A stretch of 64,000 bases of DNA, from IMG/VR virus record IMGVR_UViG_3300013212_000088, positions 128,001 through 192,000 of that record; one strand, written 5' to 3'. This document shows positions 28,970 to 36,951 of the stretch, one piece after another. Within the stretch, counting starts at the first letter, position 1; each line of letters opens with the position of its first letter. The stretch is from a virus. Its lineage: Duplodnaviria; Caudoviricetes. Made by a program: the position numbers and the translations under genes. The notes beneath the pieces were generated by a model. It was not told the DNA's origin. It saw nothing but the letters and a program-made list of their open reading frames with translations, and did not search any database.

Positions 28970-29228
28970 AGAAGTATTAACACATTTACACGCTGGCTAC
29001 ACTCTTAGGCGAAAAGAATGGGAGCCTGACCAAAAGTGTAAAGCTTATTTTAGTGAGGATATGTGGTCTGTAAAGATTAATATTAACGACCCAATATTAG
29101 GAGCTTTAGACACTCATTTAGTACCACAATGGGTTCCTGAAAAGCCTGAGTTTTCCAATTATGTATGCTACTATGATATTATTGATAACGGTGATTTATT
29201 AGAAGACGATTGGGAAATCGTAGAATGA
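28959..29228 (+). CDS. DUF2829/Tad2-like protein
   Basis: 'MTGREVLTHLHAGYTLRRKEW..DLLEDDWEIVE'; start moved to ATG 28959. Confidence 0.7.
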   Translation: MTGREVLTHLHAGYTLRRKEWEPDQKCKAYFSEDMWSVKININDPILGALDTHLVPQWVPEKPEFSNYVCYYDIIDNGDLLEDDWEIVE

Positions 29229-29452
29229 AATTCTCAGAAGTAGTTGATGCTTTAATGGAATACAAGCCAATATCGAGAAGTGGTTGGGCTGATGGCAAAT
29301 TTTTGTATCTTGATAAAGAACAAAATTGGTTTGCTTACCATATCAAAGAAGATTACGAAGAAGATGATTACGAATGCATCACCTATAGACTTAATTTATC
29401 ACCTGAAGACATATTTGCTAATGATTGGGAGATTTTAGATGAAGTTCTCTGA
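29225..29452 (+). CDS. DUF2829/Tad2-like protein
   Basis: 'MKFSEVVDALMEYKPISRSGW..LSPEDIFANDWEIL'; ATGA-coupled start at 29225. Confidence 0.8.
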   Translation: MKFSEVVDALMEYKPISRSGWADGKFLYLDKEQNWFAYHIKEDYEEDDYECITYRLNLSPEDIFANDWEILDEVL

Positions 29453-29705
29453 AGTTATTGACGCTTTAATGGAAGGTAAACCAATCTCAAGAACTGGTTG
29501 GGAAAATAACAACTATATCTTCTATGACAAAAATGACAATTGTTTTGTATTTGTAAATTATCCAGATGACATTGAAAAAAGATATGAATTGGCATCTGTA
29601 GGTCTTGATTTATACCCCCGTGATATAATTGCTGATGATTGGGATATTGATGATTGGGATCCAGACCATATTGTTGACGCTAACAAAAAGGTAGATGAAG
29701 AATGA
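29439..29705 (+). CDS. DUF2829/Tad2-like protein
   Basis: 'MKFSEVIDALMEGKPISRTGW..LYPRDIIADDWDI'. Confidence 0.8.
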   Translation: MKFSEVIDALMEGKPISRTGWENNNYIFYDKNDNCFVFVNYPDDIEKRYELASVGLDLYPRDIIADDWDIDDWDPDHIVDANKKVDEE

Positions 29706-29720
29706 CTTGGAGATGCTGGA

Positions 29721-29939
29721 ATGAAATTTTCTGAAGTAGTTGACTCATTAATGGCTGGTAAACGTGTGCGTAAGACCAATTGGGAAAGCAAAACTGCTTT
29801 CTTTCTCTACGACAAGGAAGATAACACTTTTGATTTCTACGAAGTCTTAGATGGAGAAGTATGTAGGACTCAATTTTACACGGAGCTTAATCTTACTCCT
29901 AAAGATTTGATGTCTGACTTCTGGGAGGTTGTAGAATGA
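29721..29939 (+). CDS. DUF2829/Tad2-like protein
   Basis: 'MKFSEVVDSLMAGKRVRKTNW..LTPKDLMSDFWEVVE'. Confidence 0.8.
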   Translation: MKFSEVVDSLMAGKRVRKTNWESKTAFFLYDKEDNTFDFYEVLDGEVCRTQFYTELNLTPKDLMSDFWEVVE

Positions 29940-30649
29940 CTGGAATTGAAGCTTTATCCCTGTTAAAAGATGGCAAAACTTTAAGAAGAGAATCCTGGGA
30001 ACCTCATGAAAAATGTAAAGCTTTAGATTTCTTTGGTCAATGGATTGTACACCTGATAAAAGAACATGATGATGAAAAGTTAGACAAAGAATTAGAGTCA
30101 ATATTTCAAAACAGTTTTACATTTACAAAGACCACTTTTGATGATTTCTTTGGATTATTTGATACAATAGATGCTGGAGAATTTCTTCATGATGATTGGC
30201 AAATTCAAAATGGCGAAAAAGAGAGACAAATAATTATAGAAAATATTATTATTCAAGCAGTTGACTGTTATCGACATGACTATTGGAAAGTAAGTTTAGA
30301 TTTGCTTGCCCAATTAAATATTTTTGATGCTATAAGTGATGATTCTTATTTGGGTAATGGGTCAGAACCTCTAAATGAAGATGGTTATGCCTATCTTGAA
30401 ATTGATTCTGATTGTAGTATTTTTGATAAAGCGATGAAGTTCTACAAAAAAGAATATTCGCTTGATTTAGATACACTTACAGAAGCTTATTGTGACGAAT
30501 ATGAAGATTATCGTGACTGGCTTGATCAATTAGATTCATATGATGTAGAGCTCTTAGATGAAAAAGGCTATACTGTTGATAATGTTCCTGAAGATTTATC
30601 TGCTGTTTTGATGGCGGATGAAGATGACGAAGAAGAGGATGAAGATTAA
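29936..30649 (+). CDS. DUF2829/Tad2-like domain fused to a strongly acidic C-terminal domain
   Basis: 'MTGIEALSLLKDGKTLRRESW..EFLHDDWQI', then ~140 aa rich in D/E/Y ending DEDDEEEDED. Confidence 0.7.
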   Translation: MTGIEALSLLKDGKTLRRESWEPHEKCKALDFFGQWIVHLIKEHDDEKLDKELESIFQNSFTFTKTTFDDFFGLFDTIDAGEFLHDDWQIQNGEKERQIIIENIIIQAVDCYRHDYWKVSLDLLAQLNIFDAISDDSYLGNGSEPLNEDGYAYLEIDSDCSIFDKAMKFYKKEYSLDLDTLTEAYCDEYEDYRDWLDQLDSYDVELLDEKGYTVDNVPEDLSAVLMADEDDEEEDED

Positions 30650-30879
30650 TGTTAAATATCAATTTTGATTTATTTTATGAATTGAAACAAGGTTCTGTAA
30701 TTTCTAATACAGATAAGGATGTTGTCAAATATTGGAGAATGGTTGATGGTAATTTAGAAACAAGAATGGTCATCAATAAAGATGCACAAGATGATTGGTA
30801 TGTCACTGATCTATTTGTATTCCCTGTAGATGGAAAGTTTAATATTGAAGAGCGTTTTGAAAGATTTAGTTATGGATGA
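30649..30879 (+). CDS. Small paralogue family B, member 3
   Basis: 'INFDLFYELKQG..WRMVDG..DDWY'. Confidence 0.6.
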   Translation: MLNINFDLFYELKQGSVISNTDKDVVKYWRMVDGNLETRMVINKDAQDDWYVTDLFVFPVDGKFNIEERFERFSYG

Positions 30880-31111
30880 AAACAAAGCTAAACGCCTTGA
30901 AAATATCGGCTTTAAAGTGGGGACACTAGCTGATTTTCTTAATCTTAACCCAGAAGAACAATCACAAATTGATAATGTCATAATTAAAAACGGCAAGCCA
31001 ATTGGTATTTGTGATTGTTTGGGTAAAGGAAAAGGATCTTGTAAAGGCAATGGATGGATAAGAGATGGAGCTGGATATCAAAGATGTCCTTACTTTACAT
31101 CTTTCGAGTAA
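30872..31111 (+). CDS. XRE-antitoxin-like N-terminal segment fused to a Cys/Gly zinc finger
   Basis: Start moved to ATG 30872: 'MDENKAKRLENIGFKVGTLADFLNLNPEE' then 'CDCLGKGKGSCKGNGW..CP'. Confidence 0.55.
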   Translation: MDENKAKRLENIGFKVGTLADFLNLNPEEQSQIDNVIIKNGKPIGICDCLGKGKGSCKGNGWIRDGAGYQRCPYFTSFE

Positions 31112-31117
31112 ATAATT

Positions 31118-31372
31118 ATGAAATTCGTACAAACTCTGAAACATCTTAAACAGGGATTCAAAGCACGTAGAAAAAGTTGGGATGAATTATTTTGGATTTC
31201 TCTTGGTAATACTAAACAAGATGATGAAGGTGAGTTCGATGAAACTATTCTTGATAATAGCGAGCTTACTCCAGAAACATTTTTCTTAATTAATTTACAC
31301 GAAGGCATTGAAGCTTTTTGCCCATACTTACAAGACATAGAAGCTGATGATTGGATGATAGTAGAGGATTAA
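31118..31372 (+). CDS. DUF2829/Tad2-like protein
   Basis: 'MKFVQTLKHLKQGFKARRKSW..FCPYLQDIEADDWMIVE', very close to the Tad2 consensus at both ends. Confidence 0.85.
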   Translation: MKFVQTLKHLKQGFKARRKSWDELFWISLGNTKQDDEGEFDETILDNSELTPETFFLINLHEGIEAFCPYLQDIEADDWMIVED

Positions 31373-31373
31373 G

Positions 31374-31565
31374 ATGAAAGAAAAAGTTAGTGATCTTAAG
31401 TTTACAGGGTTTATTTGTTTTTCCATAGGCGCTGTATTAATTTACAATACATGGAATCGGAGTGGAACTTTGCCTGCAGACTTTCTTCTTGGTGCTTTAA
31501 CTGCATGGGCATTGAGATCTGGTTTTGCATATTTTAAAAGCGCAGAGAATCTTGAGGATGAATAA
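31374..31565 (+). CDS. Small membrane protein
   Basis: 63 aa, two hydrophobic segments. Confidence 0.55.
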   Translation: MKEKVSDLKFTGFICFSIGAVLIYNTWNRSGTLPADFLLGALTAWALRSGFAYFKSAENLEDE

Positions 31566-31570
31566 GGACG

Positions 31571-32002
31571 ATGAGCCAAAACAAATCAAAATTGATCCAG
31601 AAGAAATCAAAAGACTCCTCAAAATTATCTACGACTACAGAAAAAAACAACTTTAGTATTGCTGAAGAAGTATATCCAGATGAACCTGAAAAGCTAGAGA
31701 GATACAAAAAACAACGAGATGAAAGGGGATTTGACGATACTGAAACTTGGCACTTAGATAAATCCCTTACTCTTTTTTTAATTCCACGTTTAAAAAGATT
31801 TATAGAACTTAATAATGGATTTCCTTCCGGACAAACCGAAGAATCGTTTAATGAAAAACTTAACTTCATTCTTAAATCATTCGAAGAATATTATTATAGT
31901 GAAAATGATGAAGTATCTTTAGAATTAGAGAAAGAAAGATTAAGTAATGCTAAAAAGGCTGCTGCTTTATTAGGAGAAATCTGGTTTGATCTTTGGTGGT
32001 AA
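31571..32002 (+). CDS. Conserved phage hypothetical protein
   Basis: 'RGFDDTETWHLDKSL..FLIPRLKRF..GFP..WFDLWW' pattern recalled from many phage hypothetical proteins. Confidence 0.65.
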   Translation: MSQNKSKLIQKKSKDSSKLSTTTEKNNFSIAEEVYPDEPEKLERYKKQRDERGFDDTETWHLDKSLTLFLIPRLKRFIELNNGFPSGQTEESFNEKLNFILKSFEEYYYSENDEVSLELEKERLSNAKKAAALLGEIWFDLWW

Positions 32003-32004
32003 CA

Positions 32005-32250
32005 ATGAAGTTGCACGATATTCTCAAAGAAGAGGATGATGATTATTTTTTCTATAGAGAAGATAATATTGATAAGTTCTATTACAAAACTAAAAAGCTT
32101 ATTTATTCTATTCCACAAAAAAGTTATATAAGAGGTATAGAACAAAAGGTTGATCCCAATGGTCTTGAAGATGTTTTTATAAGTTTTCTTTACGATTCTA
32201 TATTTAGTTTTGAAGAAGCAATTTCAGACCTTTGGATTAAGGTTAAATAG
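32005..32250 (+). CDS. Hypothetical protein, possibly a very diverged Tad2-like member
   Basis: Ends 'FSFEEAISDLWIKVK', echoing 'D..ADDW.IV'; N-terminus is only weakly similar. Confidence 0.45.
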   Translation: MKLHDILKEEDDDYFFYREDNIDKFYYKTKKLIYSIPQKSYIRGIEQKVDPNGLEDVFISFLYDSIFSFEEAISDLWIKVK

Positions 32251-32825
32251 TGAAACATTACTATCAAAATATACATGGCTGGTTTGATTATGAGAAATTA
32301 TTTGAAACAGCAATACAAAATTGTCCAGAAAATGGAAAAATTGTAGAATTAGGTTGTTGGAAAGGTAAAAGTTCTTCTTACCTTATTGTTGAAGCATATA
32401 ATTCCAATAAAAACATAGATATCAATTTTGTTGATACATGGGCTGGATCTCCTGAGCATTTAGATCCATCATTAGGCACATACGAAGAAGGGCTTGCTTC
32501 AGATCCAGATTTTGTATATAAAGTTTTTCTAAATAATATTAATAAAACTTCTTATCCAAAAAACATACATAGGATGCACACATTTCAAGCATCCAAATTA
32601 TTTGAAGATAATTCTATAGATTTTTTGTATATTGACACAGCGCATGAGTTTAAACATGTAGAAAAAGAAATTTCCATGTGGTATCCAAAAGTTAAGTCAG
32701 GTGGAAGAATAGCTGGACATGATATATTTTATCCAGGTGTAATGAGAGCTGTTAAAGATTTTTCTAGAAAGTATGACGTCGAAATAAAAAAAATCAATTC
32801 AAGTTGGATTGGGGTAAAATCATAA
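32250..32825 (+). CDS. Class I SAM-dependent methyltransferase (Methyltransf_24-like)
   Basis: 'VELGCWKGKSS', 'VDTWAGS', 'DFLYIDTAHEF', 'IAGHD'. Confidence 0.85.
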   Translation: MKHYYQNIHGWFDYEKLFETAIQNCPENGKIVELGCWKGKSSSYLIVEAYNSNKNIDINFVDTWAGSPEHLDPSLGTYEEGLASDPDFVYKVFLNNINKTSYPKNIHRMHTFQASKLFEDNSIDFLYIDTAHEFKHVEKEISMWYPKVKSGGRIAGHDIFYPGVMRAVKDFSRKYDVEIKKINSSWIGVKS

Positions 32826-33403
32826 TGGAACATTTTTATGAAGAAATTCAAGGTTGGTTTGATTACCAAAATGTTTATGACATTGCAATTAAAACATCAC
32901 CAGAAAATTCTATATTAGTTGAAATCGGATGCTGGAAGGGTAAGAGTTCTTGCTATCTTTTGACACAAGCTTACAATTCTGGGAAAATGCTAAATCTGTC
33001 TTTTATTGATACATGGGCAGGCTCTATTGAGCATTTAGACCCTGAATGCGAATTTCATGAACCAGATCTCTTAACTAATAAAGATCATGTTTGGGATGTA
33101 TTCAACAAAAATATTGCAAGAGTTAATTACCCTAAATCTTTATTCAGAAGGGATACATTTGACGCTGTGAACTATTTTGAAGATAATTCAATTGCGTTTT
33201 TATATATAGATACAGCACATGAGTATGAACATGTAATAAAGGAAATAGATGCCTGGTACCCTAAGGTTAAATTAGGTGGTATTATAGCTGGTCACGATTA
33301 TTTTACCCCGACAGTCAACAAGGCAGTAAATGAGTTCTTTGAAATAAGACCTCATCCGCTAATTTCTTTAAATGCCAGCTGGATTGCCTTTAAAAATTAT
33401 TAA
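32825..33403 (+). CDS. Class I SAM-dependent methyltransferase, tandem paralogue of 32250
   Basis: 'VEIGCWKGKSS', 'IDTWAGS', 'YIDTAHEY', 'IAGHDY'; TAATG-coupled start at 32825. Confidence 0.85.
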   Translation: MEHFYEEIQGWFDYQNVYDIAIKTSPENSILVEIGCWKGKSSCYLLTQAYNSGKMLNLSFIDTWAGSIEHLDPECEFHEPDLLTNKDHVWDVFNKNIARVNYPKSLFRRDTFDAVNYFEDNSIAFLYIDTAHEYEHVIKEIDAWYPKVKLGGIIAGHDYFTPTVNKAVNEFFEIRPHPLISLNASWIAFKNY

Positions 33404-33631
33404 ATGATTACACAATTATGCTGCGCTAAAGATGGAAACATATGTGAAATACTTAGCGTAGCAGGTAAAAATAGATCTAGGTTTGCAGAGCTTGGTTTTA
33501 ACAAAGGTGTGAGTGTAGAAGTTATATCACACATAGAAGATTCTCTAAGATTAAATATAAGAAATTACTGTATTGCCTTGCGAAAGTCAGAAGCAGAAGA
33601 TATAACAGTAAGAATCATAGAAAGTAAGTAA
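33404..33631 (+). CDS. feoA: FeoA-family protein
   Basis: 'G..CEILSV..RSRFAELGFNKGVSVEVI..LRLNIRNYCIALRKSEAEDITV' matches the FeoA SH3-like pattern (R..ELG..G..V.V..ALR..EA..I.V). Confidence 0.8.
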   Translation: MITQLCCAKDGNICEILSVAGKNRSRFAELGFNKGVSVEVISHIEDSLRLNIRNYCIALRKSEAEDITVRIIESK

Positions 33632-33823
33632 ATGCATCAAAAACATACCATAACTCTAGTAGATAACAATTTTAAAGAAAAGTCAATTACACTAACTCAT
33701 CAACAATTAGTATCTCTTAATGAATGGCTGAATGTATATTTAAAGAATTCTGTTCCTTTAAAATATCAACAAGTAAAAACTCATTATCTGACTTCAAAAG
33801 AAATATACAATTTAGAACTCTAG
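33632..33823 (+). CDS. Hypothetical protein
   Basis: 63 aa ORF abutting feoA. Confidence 0.5.
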   Translation: MHQKHTITLVDNNFKEKSITLTHQQLVSLNEWLNVYLKNSVPLKYQQVKTHYLTSKEIYNLEL

Positions 33824-33847
33824 TATAATATCTAACGGAGCAAAACA

Positions 33848-34411
33848 ATGACCTGGAAAGATATTAGAGATAGAAAAGAAGATTCAATTAGAGAAAGCAC
33901 AGGTAATCCAATGAGTAAATCATTTGAAGTAAACGGCAAAATTTATAATTCATACACTGAATATTCAAATTCAGATGAACATAAAGAATTATTAAAAATT
34001 CAAGAAGAAGCTTTGGAACAATATGAGCAAAAAGCCAAAGAATATTATGATTCTTTGGGAATAGATAATCAGCTTTTATTATTCTTTCATATCACAAATG
34101 TAATTTTTAAAAACTATTTTAAAGATAACAGCTCATATAGAGGCTTACTTTATGATAAGTTTGGTTTTGGTCCTGAAGCTTACAGTTTAGGTATGGATAG
34201 CGGTATGTTTTCTCTTCATAATGCTATATCCACTCCTGAAGATTCAGAAGAAAGATTTAATGCTTTAGTCAAATTTTTAAAGCTTGAATTATCACAAAAA
34301 GAATTAAATTCTTTGAGAAATATTTTTCTTTATGGATTTGATAGCACTAAATCTTTAGATAACATCAATACTGGTCAACAGAAGTTTGATTTTACAAAAG
34401 ACCCTGAATAA
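33848..34411 (+). CDS. Hypothetical protein
   Basis: 187 aa with GGAG SD. Confidence 0.65.
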   Translation: MTWKDIRDRKEDSIRESTGNPMSKSFEVNGKIYNSYTEYSNSDEHKELLKIQEEALEQYEQKAKEYYDSLGIDNQLLLFFHITNVIFKNYFKDNSSYRGLLYDKFGFGPEAYSLGMDSGMFSLHNAISTPEDSEERFNALVKFLKLELSQKELNSLRNIFLYGFDSTKSLDNINTGQQKFDFTKDPE

Positions 34412-34419
34412 GGGTCTTT
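34397..34419. terminator. Hairpin/terminator ending the early + strand array
   Basis: aaagaccct-gaata-agggtcttt spanning the stop codon at a convergent junction. Confidence 0.6.
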
Positions 34420-34422
34420 GCT

Positions 34423-34527
34423 TTACGAACCACTAGCAAGCCAAAAAACAAAAGATATAAAAGCTGCAATTGTTAAAAAAGCAACTCCGCAAATTAAATA
34501 CTCTAGAAACGAAAGCCCCTTCTTCAT
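34423..34527 (-). CDS. 34-aa prepilin-like membrane peptide (not in the ORF track)
   Basis: MKKG/LSFLEYLICGVAFLTIAAFISFVFWLASGS; GGAGG SD 8 nt upstream; class III signal pattern K-G|L-S-F-L-E with Glu at +5 and a hydrophobic helix. Confidence 0.65.
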   Translation of the reverse strand: MKKGLSFLEYLICGVAFLTIAAFISFVFWLASGS

Positions 34528-34576
34528 TGAAAAATCCTCCTAAAGATTTTTTCTCAACAAAGAAGGGGTTTACTTG

Positions 34577-35386
34577 TTAAATTACAAAACTAAATGTATT
34601 TAAATGGTTGTTTCTAATCTTGTCTGCATGTTCTGTTCTGTCCCATTGATGATAAATGTAGAAAGTTTCATTATTCTTAGTTTGAACTTTTTTACCATCA
34701 AAATTACATGGAACAAAACCCCATTTAATTCCTTCACCAGTAGCACAAAATGAATCAGTGAATGGGGAACAAACCATAATTTTAGGATTAGACATTAAGT
34801 ATGGATAAAGATAATTTAAAGTTGCCTGATCAGTGTTAGATTTACTTATTCTATTACTGTTAATCCAAAGCAATAAAAACAATTGACTTACAGCAAAAGG
34901 CTTTCCGCCAATTGTTCCACCATTAACAACATAATATTCCATAAAATCATCTTTATGTGCAGATAAAAATGAATGATAATATTTCATGTCATAAAAGTTC
35001 CATTCATTTGTTTTGATTTGAATACCCTCATTAACAACAAAAACATCTTTATCTGGGTGTTGCTTCATAAACTCGAATGGGTCTTTTTGAATGATTACGT
35101 CTCTAAAGTCAACATGCATAACATATTCATAATTATCAAAGTTCTCGACTAACCATTGATAATAAGACATGAATCTATCTCTTGGCCCATTTAAAATAGG
35201 GTTTTTAACTTCAACTACTGCTGTAAAGTATTTCTTAAATGTGTCAATTTGTTGTTGAGTTAAGTCTTTTACAAAACAGATTTTATCAAATGTGTTAAAC
35301 TTTGATAATGTAGTTAAAAATATATCAGCATCTACAGATTCAGCAAAATCTTTTCCCTGAACAAACGTTAGTAATGCATTTTTCAT
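34577..35386 (-). CDS. Putative GT-A glycosyltransferase
   Basis: 'VMHVDFRDVIIQKDPF', 'VNGGTIGG', 'DQATLNY', 'HQWDR'; start moved to MKNALL (35386). Confidence 0.65.
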   Translation of the reverse strand: MKNALLTFVQGKDFAESVDADIFLTTLSKFNTFDKICFVKDLTQQQIDTFKKYFTAVVEVKNPILNGPRDRFMSYYQWLVENFDNYEYVMHVDFRDVIIQKDPFEFMKQHPDKDVFVVNEGIQIKTNEWNFYDMKYYHSFLSAHKDDFMEYYVVNGGTIGGKPFAVSQLFLLLWINSNRISKSNTDQATLNYLYPYLMSNPKIMVCSPFTDSFCATGEGIKWGFVPCNFDGKKVQTKNNETFYIYHQWDRTEHADKIRNNHLNTFSFVI

Positions 35387-35411
35387 ATAGGTATTGTACA
35401 ATCTAAGTGTC

Positions 35412-36389
35412 ATGATAGTAAGTAAAACTCCATATAGAATAAGTTTTTTTGGTGGTGGTTCAGACTTACCATCCTATTATATGCAAGAAGAAGGATGCGT
35501 AATTTCTACTTCTATTGATAAATATCTTTACATAACTACTAGTAAAAAGTTTGATCAATCTATTAGACTTAGCTATTCTGTTACTGAAAATGTATCTGAA
35601 ACTAAACATCTTCAACATGATATTGTAAGAAATATCCTCGAAGTGTTTAAAGTAAAAACAGGAATTGAAATTACTTCTGTTTCTGATTTGCCTTCCAGCG
35701 GTACAGGCATGGGATCTTCTAGTGCTTTTGCTGTTGGTTTGATAAATGCACTCTTTAAATATACAAATGGCGCCAAACCTAATCCAGAAGCCTTAGCTCT
35801 TATGGCTTGCGCAGTTGAAATAGATATGTGCGAAAAAACAATTGGAAAACAAGACCAATTTGCTTGCGCTTATGGTGGATTCAATGAGTTTATTTTTAAG
35901 AAGAATAGTGTCATAGCTAATCCAATACAAATATCTCAAGATGTTAAAAAAGAATTAGAAGATAATATGCTTCTTCTTTACACTAACACTTCAAGACTAG
36001 CTAACGAAATTTTGAAAGAACAAAGCCAGAATACAGAATCTAATTTGACAACAATGAACAACCTTAAAGAAATGGTCAAATTGGCTCATATTTTCAAAGA
36101 TAATGTAATTAATCATAAATTAGAAAATGTAGGCGAAATGTTAGATTATTCATGGCAATTAAAGAAGAATCTAACATTAAACATATCTAACCCTGAATTA
36201 GATGAGCTTTATGAATATTGCAAAAAGCTTGGGGCAAAAGGTGGAAAGATTTTAGGAGCTGGTGGTGGAGGATTTATGCTTATATATGCTGACCCAAAAT
36301 CACAAGAAAAAATCAAAAAGGAATTGAGAAGATACAAACCTTTCAATGTAAAAATTGCTACTGAGGGTTCTAAATCTCAAGAGGTATAA
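35412..36389 (+). CDS. hddA: GHMP sugar-phosphate kinase, HddA (heptose-7-phosphate kinase) type
   Basis: 'SKTPYRISFFGGGSD', 'PSSGTGMGSSSA', 'GKQDQ..AYGG', 'GGKILGAGGGGF'; start at MIVSK (35412). Confidence 0.8.
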   Translation: MIVSKTPYRISFFGGGSDLPSYYMQEEGCVISTSIDKYLYITTSKKFDQSIRLSYSVTENVSETKHLQHDIVRNILEVFKVKTGIEITSVSDLPSSGTGMGSSSAFAVGLINALFKYTNGAKPNPEALALMACAVEIDMCEKTIGKQDQFACAYGGFNEFIFKKNSVIANPIQISQDVKKELEDNMLLLYTNTSRLANEILKEQSQNTESNLTTMNNLKEMVKLAHIFKDNVINHKLENVGEMLDYSWQLKKNLTLNISNPELDELYEYCKKLGAKGGKILGAGGGGFMLIYADPKSQEKIKKELRRYKPFNVKIATEGSKSQEV

Positions 36390-36396
36390 TAAAATT

Positions 36397-36951
36397 ATGT
36401 ATGTTAATAAAGATTTACCACCACATTTAGGCGGACATGACAACGAAACGCATCTTGATAATGGTGTTTTAGATTATATGATTTCTAAGTACAAAGTAGA
36501 ATCATATTTGGACGTAGGATGCGGACCAGGAGGAATGGTTGAATTAGCTGCCTCTAAAGGTTTAAGTGTTCTTGGAATTGATGGTGACTTTACTTTAAAC
36601 CACAAAGAAAAAACATTAATTCATGACTACACAAAAGGTTCAGCTGATATTATTAAAAAGTTTGATATGGCTTGGAGCTGTGAGTTTCTTGAACATGTTG
36701 AAGAAAAATATATGCCTTATTACATGGATTCATTCAAAAAAGCAAAGTATGTAGTATGCACTTATGCTGTGCCAGGACAATGGGGACATCATCATGTTAA
36801 TTGCCAAACCATGGATTATTGGAAGCAAAAGTTTTCTGATTATGGATTTAAGTTTTCAGCAACAGAAACATTAAAACTTAGAGAAGCTTCTACAATGCCA
36901 GCAATTCATTTTAAAAGATCTGGAATGTTTTTCTTTAATCTAAACCCATAG
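36397..36951 (+). CDS. Class I SAM-dependent methyltransferase
   Basis: 'LDVGCGPG', 'GIDG', 'FDMAWSCEFLEHV', 'GHHHVN'; start moved to ATG 36397. Confidence 0.8.
   Translation: MYVNKDLPPHLGGHDNETHLDNGVLDYMISKYKVESYLDVGCGPGGMVELAASKGLSVLGIDGDFTLNHKEKTLIHDYTKGSADIIKKFDMAWSCEFLEHVEEKYMPYYMDSFKKAKYVVCTYAVPGQWGHHHVNCQTMDYWKQKFSDYGFKFSATETLKLREASTMPAIHFKRSGMFFFNLNP

Noticed and set aside
28055-31565. Holins (two small two-TM proteins at 28055 and 31374)
   Set aside because: They lie in an early accessory operon with no endolysin nearby; hydrophobicity alone is not enough.
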